Positions 36,624 through 45,120 of a stretch of 64,000 nucleotides of DNA are shown in pieces (the stretch's first letter is position 1; the number at the start of each line of letters is the position of its first letter). This stretch comes from Puniceicoccales bacterium (GTDB lineage Bacteria > Verrucomicrobiota > Verrucomicrobiia > Opitutales > LL51). The notes under the pieces were generated by a model. It was not told where the DNA came from. It did no database searches and saw only the letters and a program-made list of their open reading frames with translations. The DNA lies in NCBI GenBank assembly GCA_031283585.1, contig JAITBP010000010.1, positions 11,565 to 75,564 on the forward strand, given 5' to 3'. Both the position numbers and the translations under genes were made by a program.

Positions 36624-37063
36624 ATCGCCGTGAAGGTTAAAATTATCAGGTTGGTTTGGTTCTCAACCTCTGATACCCATGGTTTTGTCTCAGAACACGT
36701 TATATATCCTTGCCAGTGCTCCACATCAATTTTCACCAAATGAAGCAAGGCGGTGATTTTTTCTGCAACAGCTATGGAACTTTTTCCCGAGCTGTTTGTA
36801 TAAATATTATCTATTATCTTCAGCTGAATGCTGATGGTCTCAAACACCGGACCGGGGACATTTTTATCGATTCTTATGGGCACAGGAGGCATCACAAGAA
36901 TCGCCACACTAATACCTTCACGCACAGCGTTTGTTATTATGCTCTCAACATTACTTTGCCTATGGGTAAATATCGGGACGCCACGTAGTTCAACATTTTT
37001 TTCGATCAAAGTGACTAGGTAATCCTGAATTTTTTCTAAAATCCCATCGTTTGGCCTATACAT
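36611..37063 (-). CDS. phage head-tail joining / neck protein, putative
   Basis: 150 aa. Called by position directly after the DUF1320-like adaptor. No firm motif. Confidence 0.3.
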   Translation of the reverse strand: MYRPNDGILEKIQDYLVTLIEKNVELRGVPIFTHRQSNVESIITNAVREGISVAILVMPPVPIRIDKNVPGPVFETISIQLKIIDNIYTNSSGKSSIAVAEKITALLHLVKIDVEHWQGYITCSETKPWVSEVENQTNLIILTFTAMCSL

Positions 37064-37064
37064 A

Positions 37065-37514
37065 TCAGAATCCCCCTAATGTTTCACCGGTTACAGTGTT
37101 TTCCCTATGGGTTACTACTTCCACGCCAACAGGTTGGTAATCTTTGGCTTCATCAGGAACCGATATGGCCACCTCTCCTTTAGCCACCCTTCGCAGAGAT
37201 TCACGGGCCTGATCCGCCAGACGAATCTGATCTTCAGATAGCTTCAAACCAGGGATTCTGGTCTGGGCAATCTCCAATATCAGGCTGCAGGCCGCGCTTT
37301 TTAATTCCAACGGAATAGCCCCGGCGGTAGCACTTAATACATTCTGCCGGTTGCTCTTGATTTCAGATCGAATCCTTGAAGAAACATCTTTGATGATCTC
37401 CATAATCGGATCGATCTGATGTTTGGCCAGCGCCTGTTTACGTAGTGCATCTACCTGTTGCGCAACCAAATAGTCATATAAATCTTCGGGTATAATTTTA
37501 ATCCAATTGGTCAT
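37065..37514 (-). CDS. DUF1320 (Mu gp36-like) head-tail adaptor, putative
   Basis: 149 aa and helical. The N-terminal IPEDLYDYLVAQQVDAL.. and the position downstream of the capsid gene fit the family. Confidence 0.45.
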   Translation of the reverse strand: MTNWIKIIPEDLYDYLVAQQVDALRKQALAKHQIDPIMEIIKDVSSRIRSEIKSNRQNVLSATAGAIPLELKSAACSLILEIAQTRIPGLKLSEDQIRLADQARESLRRVAKGEVAISVPDEAKDYQPVGVEVVTHRENTVTGETLGGF

Positions 37515-37537
37515 GATATTTTTGTCTATCCGGAGGA

Positions 37538-37606
37538 TTTTTTACTTCTTTTATTTTTTCCATTTTTTCTGTTTTTTTGTTTTTTCTGCTTTTTCTGTTT
37601 TTGCTT
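37538..37606. repeat. phased T/A-tract (about 9-bp period) in the capsid-adaptor intergenic spacer
   Basis: The + strand reads attttttac ttcttttat tttttccat tttttctg tttttttg ttttttctg ctttttctg tttttgctt. It is flanked by two CCGGAGG copies (37529-37536 and 37626-37635). Confidence 0.6.
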
Positions 37607-37665
37607 CCTATTTTGAATTAAAAATCCCCCGGAGGTTGTTTATTTTGGTTTTGTTAGCCTAGCTG

Positions 37666-38631
37666 TTAGGTGGCTGAAACCACAAGTTTTCTTATTCCCG
37701 TGGTTGATGTTACCACAATGTTACTGTAGTGCTCTACGGTTATGTCGCTGAATTTGCTGTGTTCCTCGACATAAACCCTAAATGGTGAGCCATCGGCCGG
37801 TGTCACAAATCTTTTTATATTGGCCGGTTCATCTTTCATGATCTCATTGTTTGTAAAAAATGCATATATGCTATTGCCCAATATGGCTTCCTTGGATGTG
37901 GCCGCATTTTGGTAGCGTGCATTAATTACACGGACTTCATCTACAAATAATTTACAAGCAAGTTCTTCCAGCGTTAACCCCGCAGCACGACTAGCTCCGG
38001 CATTGTTCTGAGCGTCGTAGGAATTGGCTCTGATATCCCAGGCAGCTTCGCCTATTACAATCCTGTTCGGTCGCACACCGGTGATGTCCGTTGCGGCTTC
38101 TAACTCCGAGCGTATATCTGCATCCGGGTTTGACTCATCCGCCCATACATAGTTAGCGGAAGCAGTTTGAGCATTGGCTTCCAGAGCAGAAATTGCCCGG
38201 CGCAACTCATTGCGATATAACCTCTGCAGCAGCAGTTGGACATAGCGTTCACGCCAATCATCACCAGCCACATCATCGTGATCAATCCGAATTGTAAGTC
38301 CTTTATTAAAAGTCTTCGATGTAACGGATGTACCGGTAAATTCGACCCTTTTAAAGGCTGATCCAATGGAACGGATATCGTCGGTTTCAGATAAAAATGC
38401 CTCATTATTGTTGGCTACCTTAAACTCAAATCGACGGGAGACCGGAACTATCGGTGCCAAAAAGTTCAACAATGACTCTATGTTTTCCCTGTCCTTCCAC
38501 CCAACGGTAAATGCCGTAAGTGGTTCTGAATAATTGGATGCAGTAAACCGCGATTCGTTGGCTGCACAGACCGTTCCATAGTCCTGAAAACCGTCATCTT
38601 TTGGTAATATTTCGAATGTATTCATTTTCAT
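37666..38631 (-). CDS. phage major capsid protein (HK97-fold, lambda gpE-like position)
   Basis: 321 aa. It follows a DUF2190-type decoration gene and a protease/scaffold gene. A 151-bp spacer lies downstream, as often seen after highly expressed capsid genes. Confidence 0.65.
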   Translation of the reverse strand: MKMNTFEILPKDDGFQDYGTVCAANESRFTASNYSEPLTAFTVGWKDRENIESLLNFLAPIVPVSRRFEFKVANNNEAFLSETDDIRSIGSAFKRVEFTGTSVTSKTFNKGLTIRIDHDDVAGDDWRERYVQLLLQRLYRNELRRAISALEANAQTASANYVWADESNPDADIRSELEAATDITGVRPNRIVIGEAAWDIRANSYDAQNNAGASRAAGLTLEELACKLFVDEVRVINARYQNAATSKEAILGNSIYAFFTNNEIMKDEPANIKRFVTPADGSPFRVYVEEHSKFSDITVEHYSNIVVTSTTGIRKLVVSAT

Positions 38632-38647
38632 AATATACTTAAAATTA

Positions 38648-39094
38648 TTATGGCATTACGTGTTTAGTTGGTACGCAGGATAATACCTCCACCATGCCAT
38701 TTGCTATGGCACCATTCAGTGCTATCCCAATGCAATTATAGGTTCCTGTTGACGTACCGAGGGGAGTAATTTTTCCATTGGCCGCCGGCATAAGACGCGT
38801 ACCGGCCGATATTTCTGCACTGGCAATGGCTTTTATGGTATCCGCACAGCCAAGTAATGCCACATTCACAATGTCTCCGGCCGATGCTTCGTCGGTTGCG
38901 ACGCCTATGGGCAGATCCGAACCAGTACAAATATCGACTTCGGCAGAATTGCTGCTATCGATTTTAACCAGAGTATACTTTTCGGTGATGTCGGCTTTCG
39001 CAATCCTGGTGATATTGCCTTCGTGGGTACCTTCTGCAATGTTAGAGAATATTTCTTTTTTCATATTTTTATGGGTGAAAATTTTGTTAATCAA
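38648..39094 (-). CDS. DUF2190-type head decoration/cement-like protein
   Basis: 148 aa. The pattern ..LVKIDSSNSAEVDICTGSDLPIGVATDEASAGDIVNVALLGCADTIKAIASAEISAGTRLMPAANGKI.. matches the DUF2190 consensus as I remember it. Confidence 0.6.
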   Translation of the reverse strand: MINKIFTHKNMKKEIFSNIAEGTHEGNITRIAKADITEKYTLVKIDSSNSAEVDICTGSDLPIGVATDEASAGDIVNVALLGCADTIKAIASAEISAGTRLMPAANGKITPLGTSTGTYNCIGIALNGAIANGMVEVLSCVPTKHVMP

Positions 39095-39098
39095 CGAA

Positions 39099-40088
39099 TT
39101 AATCAGTGAACAGTGATGGATTGGTTCTTTTTGCCCAGGCCCAGGCTTCGCTATATTTATCGCCGGTGGCCATCATATGTTCCTGTACCAAAGCCAGGAT
39201 TTTGTCCTTTTTTTCATAAAAGCACCTGGCCCGGCTGTTTAGACCGATGGTTTTTGTTTTAGTATTTAAATTGGTCGATGGCAAAGATTCCTCATCCCTA
39301 TCATTAGCCATGTCCATGGTGACCGGTGCCGAGCCATCCACAGCCAAATTCACTGCCATCGATTCATTTTCTTGTTTTTGCAACTCGTTGGGTTGGATCA
39401 TGTGATAAAGGTTTTCAGCCTCGGCTCTGAGCTTTTTATTCTCGTCGATCAGTTCCTCGGCCTGAGTTTTCCATTTTACTGAATTTTCCACCATGGATTT
39501 CAATGTGTTTAGTTGCTCTTCAAAATCCATTAACTCATTCAATCCGAGCAGGGTTATGAACCTTGCAAGCTTTTCGCCATCGGATAGTCGCGCATTTTTC
39601 GAACCCGAGTGATCGACTAGCCTGCAGGTCCTGATATTTGGATTGTTTGTAAGACCGACCGACAGCAATTTTATAGGCTCAAAGCCATTGTTTCCTATAT
39701 TTTTCATGCGCCACCTGGGCGATAAAAATCTGAAAAAACCATTTCTAATCAATTGATAACCTACACCGGACCAATGGATTAAAAGCCACATACCATCGGA
39801 TCTTGGCTCAATATCCTTGACCCTTCCATAGACCAGGTGACTTTTGTGACCCGGACTACCGGAAAACCTATCATCATCGGGATGGCCTATAAAAATCGGT
39901 AACCCGAGAAATTTTCTGCTCAGCCGACCTCGCAGTGATTTAAAATTTTTTGCGATTATCTCAGCCGACGACCTGTTGAAATGCTGCACACCTCTGGGAT
40001 GTGGGTAGTCACCATAGGGCAGTAATTTGATCCACTGATCCAGCACCGGCTTTTCCATGGTTTTTAAATTAGTGTTCATTTTATACAT
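39099..40088 (-). CDS. Mu I-like prohead protease / scaffold
   Basis: 329 aa. The N-terminal WIKLLPYGDYPHPRGVQHF..LPIFIGHPDD resembles the Mu-like_Pro family. A C-terminal coiled coil (scaffold-like) follows. Confidence 0.55.
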   Translation of the reverse strand: MYKMNTNLKTMEKPVLDQWIKLLPYGDYPHPRGVQHFNRSSAEIIAKNFKSLRGRLSRKFLGLPIFIGHPDDDRFSGSPGHKSHLVYGRVKDIEPRSDGMWLLIHWSGVGYQLIRNGFFRFLSPRWRMKNIGNNGFEPIKLLSVGLTNNPNIRTCRLVDHSGSKNARLSDGEKLARFITLLGLNELMDFEEQLNTLKSMVENSVKWKTQAEELIDENKKLRAEAENLYHMIQPNELQKQENESMAVNLAVDGSAPVTMDMANDRDEESLPSTNLNTKTKTIGLNSRARCFYEKKDKILALVQEHMMATGDKYSEAWAWAKRTNPSLFTD

Positions 40089-41286
40089 TTTTTATCAGAA
40101 TATTTTCCGAATTTTCTGGAGTGGTAAGACCAAACTTTTCCCTGATATCCTCGATGGCCAATGGCACTCCCATGTCAAAAAGTTCGCGATAAATCACTAT
40201 TTCATCCCTGGTATTAGCTCTGGGTTTTGTTACCAACCTGATATAGGCTTTCGGATTTGCGTCGCCGAATAAATGCCTGATGACAAATTTGTCCACCTGC
40301 TCATTCAATGTCTCGGAAATCATGGTTGCATCATCCTCTTCTATCAGTGCAGTTTCATCGGCCTGAAGCGAAGCTCCCGTTCCAGATGCTCTTGATAATG
40401 TAGATAGATCTGACCCACGCCACAGGGCAGAGATAGCTCTGTCCATCCGATCAACCAACGCCGGATAGGGTAGCTCACCACGGCTGGTTAAGTCTATGGC
40501 TTCGATGTTTGTGCCTTCGGACATTAGGGCATTAAATTCCGCTCCAAAGTCTTCCACCGCATCCCTGGCCGCCTCCCACTGGGGTGATCCGGGCGAAGCA
40601 TCGGTCACTCCTTTGACACCGGGCATTCCATTGCGCTCACAATATACAAGCCAATCCCGCAGAGGAAGATGCTTGAACAGATAGGCAATCGAAGAAGCCT
40701 CCATCAACCCATCTCCGACGGTTACAAGCCAGGCTCCATCATCCAGTGGAACGCCATCGGTGGCCGTGTCGCTTTCAAGAAATCTCAAGGACCCGGTCTT
40801 GTTCTCAAAGAACCACAGCGGCACAAACCTGAAAACAGCTGTCAATTTAAGTTTATCTCCATTGGCCAAAGGAATGTAGATTATTTCATGTACTGCATAC
40901 TTCTTGCCTATGGCATCCATCATTTGCTTCACCAGTAGGCCGAAGCCACCTCGCTCATTACCATCGCAGGCATGGGTAGCCGAAAGATTATTATAAAAAT
41001 ATTCCAGTGCACATTTATGATTCAGGGCTTCTTCGGATTGGTCCAACGCAATGATTTCCCATTGCAACCTGGCCACGGATTTTTTCCTTTTTGCTGCCAC
41101 ACCCTGGATCACATCGTCTCTTCGTTCAATCGAATCCCAGGTCATCGCAGCGCTACGAAGATAGCCTGCCGCAAATGCATCCAACATCTGGGATAGCGAA
41201 TCTGGTGTCAAAGTTTTTATTGGATTAAACCTTGCTCTCATGGAGCTCTTAATCCTTGCTTCCGAAATCTGCGAAATTGTTTTCAT
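40081..41286 (-). CDS. phage portal protein (DUF935 / Mu gp29-like)
   Basis: 401 aa, directly downstream of TerL and upstream of the protease. The segment WEIIALDQSEEALNHKCALEYFYNNL fits DUF935 portals. Confidence 0.6.
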   Translation of the reverse strand: MKTISQISEARIKSSMRARFNPIKTLTPDSLSQMLDAFAAGYLRSAAMTWDSIERRDDVIQGVAAKRKKSVARLQWEIIALDQSEEALNHKCALEYFYNNLSATHACDGNERGGFGLLVKQMMDAIGKKYAVHEIIYIPLANGDKLKLTAVFRFVPLWFFENKTGSLRFLESDTATDGVPLDDGAWLVTVGDGLMEASSIAYLFKHLPLRDWLVYCERNGMPGVKGVTDASPGSPQWEAARDAVEDFGAEFNALMSEGTNIEAIDLTSRGELPYPALVDRMDRAISALWRGSDLSTLSRASGTGASLQADETALIEEDDATMISETLNEQVDKFVIRHLFGDANPKAYIRLVTKPRANTRDEIVIYRELFDMGVPLAIEDIREKFGLTTPENSENILIKNV

Positions 41287-41290
41287 AAAA

Positions 41291-42673
41291 TTAAACTACT
41301 GTTAAGCGATTGGGTCTTTGTATCTTAGTAAAAAATTGTTGCCTGACTGCCGGCATACATTGCTGGGCGGCATATATTGCCAGGGCCAATGCCCAAAATC
41401 TATCCGCATGGCCATTTTTACCGCGATCGGCATAGAACCTGATATTGCCAGAAAAAGTTACCTCCTTCTTTATAGCCCTCAGATCGGCACGGATGGCCGG
41501 ATCATCAGGAATCTTCACCGAACCAGTTTCGAAAGTCGTCAGCAACAAATAGGCCAATTTTTCTTTTATATAATTGGTAAAAGTGATGCCTTCGACCTTG
41601 TATTTTCCAAAAAACGCCGATGCACGCTCTGTAAATTGCCTACCGATACCGGTCTGATCTATGCCAATTCTTCTCAAAAATGGTATGCTCAGAAACTCAT
41701 GCAGAACCCGCTCTTGCTCGGAAAACGGTGCGTCTTTTAGGCAAATCACCCGCCTTGTTTCCAGGCAATCGCCACTTCTTTCTAGCAACCAAAACACCGT
41801 AAGGTCATGATCACGACCAATATCAATTCCAAGAAACACATTATCACTCTGCAAAGTTTCATAATTCAAAATCTCCCAATCATCACCATGTTTATAGGTG
41901 CATTTATCGATCAGTTCCGTTGGCAGGAAAATTGACTGATCATCCCAGGGAACACACATATATTCCTGCATAAACGACTCCTCATCCGGGCAAGAACTTC
42001 TGACATAATCGAAATACTCTGCCTCATCCATATGCTGCCTAGGATCATCTTCGGGTAATTTTCCTTTTAGTTTTGCCAAAAACCCTTGATCGAGAGCATC
42101 CTGTAGCGTAACTCTGTGATGTGAAAATTTCCTAAAATTACCGTTTTCACTTATATCTTTCAGCAACCTATTGAAAAAATTTTGAGAACCCCGGTGGGTG
42201 GATATGATTTCCAGTCGACCACCCCAGGTTATACCTGGGTAAGCCACTGAATATAAAGCCCTTGGGTTTTGATGAAGGGCAAATTCGTCCAATACACGAT
42301 TGCCGCGCTTGCCAGCCTGCGCATCTGGGCTTGACGATAGGGAATGGATATGTGTATTATTTAAAAAGCGCAGGGAAAAAGAAGCAAAATGCCTCGATTC
42401 TGGCAATATTTCAGAGCCCAGGGCCCGCGCGGCAATGTGTAAAATTTTACTAAATTTCCTGCAATCTTCTAGGAAAAGCTTCGCCTGGATTTCGTCCCTT
42501 GATGATACCCAGGAATCGATCTTCTTGTCACAGTTAGCATGTTCTCTAACAAGGCCATAAGCCGAGGCCATAGATATTCCGATTTGCCTGGATTTTTCCA
42601 TTATTTTCAGGCTTGAATCATCATTGATCCATCGCGACTGATAGGGTAAAAAAAATTTTTCCGAAACATCCAT
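41291..42673 (-). CDS. phage terminase large subunit
   Basis: 460 aa. The N-terminal FFLPYQSRWINDDSSLKIMEKSRQIGIS is a Terminase_6-type Walker A variant KSRQxGxS. A C-terminal nuclease-like region carries acidic motifs (GIDIGRDHD, GIDQTG). Confidence 0.8.
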   Translation of the reverse strand: MDVSEKFFLPYQSRWINDDSSLKIMEKSRQIGISMASAYGLVREHANCDKKIDSWVSSRDEIQAKLFLEDCRKFSKILHIAARALGSEILPESRHFASFSLRFLNNTHIHSLSSSPDAQAGKRGNRVLDEFALHQNPRALYSVAYPGITWGGRLEIISTHRGSQNFFNRLLKDISENGNFRKFSHHRVTLQDALDQGFLAKLKGKLPEDDPRQHMDEAEYFDYVRSSCPDEESFMQEYMCVPWDDQSIFLPTELIDKCTYKHGDDWEILNYETLQSDNVFLGIDIGRDHDLTVFWLLERSGDCLETRRVICLKDAPFSEQERVLHEFLSIPFLRRIGIDQTGIGRQFTERASAFFGKYKVEGITFTNYIKEKLAYLLLTTFETGSVKIPDDPAIRADLRAIKKEVTFSGNIRFYADRGKNGHADRFWALALAIYAAQQCMPAVRQQFFTKIQRPNRLTVV

Positions 42674-42997
42674 CTATAATAGCCTCAATTGGGTTTCAAG
42701 ATCCTCGATTACAGCCTCGGACAAAGGCTGCCTAAAATCTGTGTTTTGACTCCCATGTTTTGACTGTTCCATGGAACACATGGTTGTGTGGCAGGTAAAA
42801 AGTTTTTGAATGACGCCGGACAGGGTATTCAGGTCCGAAACAGAAACCTCATCGGATCGACACAGTAAATCGAAAAGTATTTGCCAGGTGCGAGCTAGAG
42901 AAGCCCCAGCTATGGACGAGGAAATTTCCAGGCTATCCAGCATCACATCAGCACCAGGTTTCACGGATTTTAATATCTGCTTGGGTTCCATTGACAA
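42674..42997 (-). CDS. small ORF upstream of TerL; possible terminase small subunit
   Basis: 107 aa. Called by position only (first gene of the cluster, abutting TerL). The start is TTG 42997 or ATG 42991. Confidence 0.25.
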   Translation of the reverse strand: MSMEPKQILKSVKPGADVMLDSLEISSSIAGASLARTWQILFDLLCRSDEVSVSDLNTLSGVIQKLFTCHTTMCSMEQSKHGSQNTDFRQPLSEAVIEDLETQLRLL

Positions 42998-43004
42998 CGA
43001 GCAG

Positions 43005-43013
43005 AGTATAACA
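43005..43013 (-). promoter_or_regulatory. candidate extended -10 promoter element (TGTTATACT) for the phage-like cluster
   Basis: The minus strand reads ..ggggatttctgTGtTATACTctgctcgttgtcaATGgaa. No good -35 is present. It lies in the 121-bp spacer between the tRNA 3' end and the first cluster ORF. Confidence 0.3.
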
Positions 43014-43118
43014 CAGAAATCCCCGATGATAATGAATCGGTTTGGGCTATTGGATAGGGTCGCAGGAACTATTAAATTGCGACAAATTGCAGGATTGGGT
43101 AGACAGATTTAACCACCC

Positions 43119-43192
43119 TGGCTGCCCGGCCAGGATTCGAACCTAGACTAACGGGACCAAAACCCGCTGTGCTACCGTTACACCACCAGGCA
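43119..43192 (-). tRNA. tRNA-Gln (anticodon UUG), CCA encoded
   Basis: Hand-folded 74 nt: acceptor UGCCUGG/CCGGGCA (U1-A72), D stem GUGU/GCAC, anticodon stem GCGGG/CCCGU, loop UUUUGGU (anticodon UUG), T arm CUAGG-UUCGAAU-CCUGG, discriminator G, then CCA. Confidence 0.9.
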
Positions 43193-43259
43193 ATATTAGA
43201 GTGAATCGAATAAACAGCTCAAGGTCTTGCAAGTAAAAAGTAATGCAATCCATGGCCTG

Positions 43260-44303
43260 TCATTTATCCTCGCCATAGTAAACTTCACCTGGTATACCGC
43301 ACTCTAGCCCTAGAGCCTTCATGGTTTCCCTGTTAACGCATATATGTGTAGCAGTTCTTTTCACAGGAATATATCCCATTTTTACACCAAATTGATTGAT
43401 CTCAATGATATCTGCGGCTGTTCTTCCGGCCATATTGTAATCAGGTGTGGTTCCCATAAGGGCACCTCCAGCAACCATCTCTTCGGTTTCAGCAATCAAC
43501 GGAATCTTCAATTCGTTTGCCATGGCTACGATCTCCTTTATGTTTGAAGCAAACAGTGAACTAGCTGTCAGGAAAAGCGCATCAACTTTATACATAGCCC
43601 GATTGGTTTTCATATCGAATATTATACTCATTAGATCTTTACCTTTATTTACATCGATCCGCTGTACTACAAATCCAAAATTTTTCGAACTTTCCACTAT
43701 TTGATAGTAACTATCAACGCAACTTTGCTCCTTGGTACTGACAAACACACCAAGTTTTTTAAATTTCAGGAACTTTACCGCGTTGTTGATCTGCGATTCT
43801 ATCGATACAGAACACTTAACACCGGATAAATTGCCACCGTTGTATTCACTGTTACTATTGATAAGCCCACATTTCTCTGGAAAGCTCACGATATTGAATA
43901 CGTGTGGAATAGAATTATTGAGTTTTTCAGACACCATCAATGACGTGACCGTCCCAAATGTATAAACATAGTCAATCCTGTCTGTGGTTATTCCGGTTGA
44001 TAGGAATTTTTTTAATGATTTTGCACTCTTCCCGGCGTCAAAAACTATATATTTGGCATCATAGCCAAGCTCTTTTAATCTATCAAAAAAACCAAGTTCT
44101 GCCTCGGTTTCACCACGCCAGGTGATAACAAATATGGTCAGATCTTTTTTGCCGTAGTGCGGAAAATCAACTAACCTGGTTGCATCAGCCCCAGGGCCCT
44201 GGGACATTACAGCTTTTTTCGGTTTTGTATCACCACCACATGGGGAAAAATAACATAAGTATAATAAAGCCAATATACTTATGGATCGTATATTCATGAC
44301 CAT
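43260..44303 (-). CDS. ABC-transporter substrate-binding protein (ABC_sub_bind family-like), orphan
   Basis: 347 aa with a signal peptide. Segments NLSGV, KKLGVFVSTKEQS, IPLIAETEEMVAGGALMGTTPDYNMAGRTAADII and VNRETMKALGLE match that family's consensus. No permease or ATPase gene lies adjacent. Confidence 0.6.
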   Translation of the reverse strand: MVMNIRSISILALLYLCYFSPCGGDTKPKKAVMSQGPGADATRLVDFPHYGKKDLTIFVITWRGETEAELGFFDRLKELGYDAKYIVFDAGKSAKSLKKFLSTGITTDRIDYVYTFGTVTSLMVSEKLNNSIPHVFNIVSFPEKCGLINSNSEYNGGNLSGVKCSVSIESQINNAVKFLKFKKLGVFVSTKEQSCVDSYYQIVESSKNFGFVVQRIDVNKGKDLMSIIFDMKTNRAMYKVDALFLTASSLFASNIKEIVAMANELKIPLIAETEEMVAGGALMGTTPDYNMAGRTAADIIEINQFGVKMGYIPVKRTATHICVNRETMKALGLECGIPGEVYYGEDK

Positions 44304-44342
44304 ACCCTACAGGAATATAGGATTATGTCAATTTTTTGTGAA

Positions 44343-45116
44343 TCATAATCGAATATCGATCCCAACCGGAGCATGGTCCGAGCCATAGACATTATTGAAT
44401 ATGAATACCCCATCGACGTAACCTTGTAGCTTCCTACTTATGAGTATATAGTCCAGCCGCCAACCCACATTACGTTCCCTGGATTTCATCCTGTAGGACC
44501 ACCAGCTATAGGCCTTCTTCTCCTCTGGATAGAAATGTCTGTAGCTGTCTAGGAAACCACTGGCTATATAATTCGAAAATCCAGACCTCTCTTCGTCGGT
44601 AAATCCATTGCTGAAATGGTTGTGATCCGGATTCTCAAGGTCTATTTCCTGATGAGCCACATTGAAATCGCCACAGGCTATCACCGGCTTCGTTGATTCC
44701 AATTTTAGCAACAATTTTAAAAATTCTGGATCCCATATTTTTTGCCTAAATTCCAACCTGGACAGATCGGGTTTGGAGTTTGGTGTGTAAACATTTACCA
44801 AAAAAAATTTGTCATACTCGACCACAATCACCCTACCCTCTTTCTCACCGGTGGTTGAATCAAGAACCGTATTTGAATCCACCGCTATGGTATCCAGTTT
44901 TGAAAAAATAGCCGTACCCGAATATCCTTTTCGGTTGGCGTTGTTAAACATCAGGTTACTGCACTCGAAATCGATAGTTGCGATGGCTTCCTGGTTCACC
45001 CTGGTTTCCTGTAGACATAATATATCCGGCTTAAGAAAAGAAACCGCACCGGAAAAATCTTTTTTCAGGATCGAGCGTAACCCATTTACATTCCATGAAA
45101 CGATTCTCATCGGCAA
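44343..45116 (-). CDS. xth: exodeoxyribonuclease III
   Basis: 257 aa. Motifs SWNVNGLR, LCLQETR and a C-terminal GSDHAPVGIDI. Confidence 0.9.
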   Translation of the reverse strand: MPMRIVSWNVNGLRSILKKDFSGAVSFLKPDILCLQETRVNQEAIATIDFECSNLMFNNANRKGYSGTAIFSKLDTIAVDSNTVLDSTTGEKEGRVIVVEYDKFFLVNVYTPNSKPDLSRLEFRQKIWDPEFLKLLLKLESTKPVIACGDFNVAHQEIDLENPDHNHFSNGFTDEERSGFSNYIASGFLDSYRHFYPEEKKAYSWWSYRMKSRERNVGWRLDYILISRKLQGYVDGVFIFNNVYGSDHAPVGIDIRL

Positions 45117-45120
45117 CCTT

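Larger units (their letters stand above)
32305..42997 (-). mobile_element. phage-derived structural gene cluster (packaging + head + short tail/fibre genes only); defective prophage or GTA-like element
   Basis: 13 co-oriented, tightly packed ORFs in canonical late-operon order beside a tRNA-Gln 3' end. No integrase, repressor, replication or lysis ORF is recognisable in or beside it. Spot GC counts are 43-48%, against about 37% in core genes. Confidence 0.7.

Noticed and set aside
32305-42997. Calling the cluster an intact, inducible prophage
   Set aside because: No integrase, repressor, replication or lysis genes are present, and both flanks are housekeeping genes. Only a defective or domesticated status is defensible.
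43193-43259. Promoter for tRNA-Gln (TAATAT immediately 5' of the mature end; TTGCAA further upstream)
   Set aside because: The TAATAT abuts the mature 5' end, so a start from it would fall inside the tRNA. The TTGCAA has no properly spaced -10. No confident call is possible.
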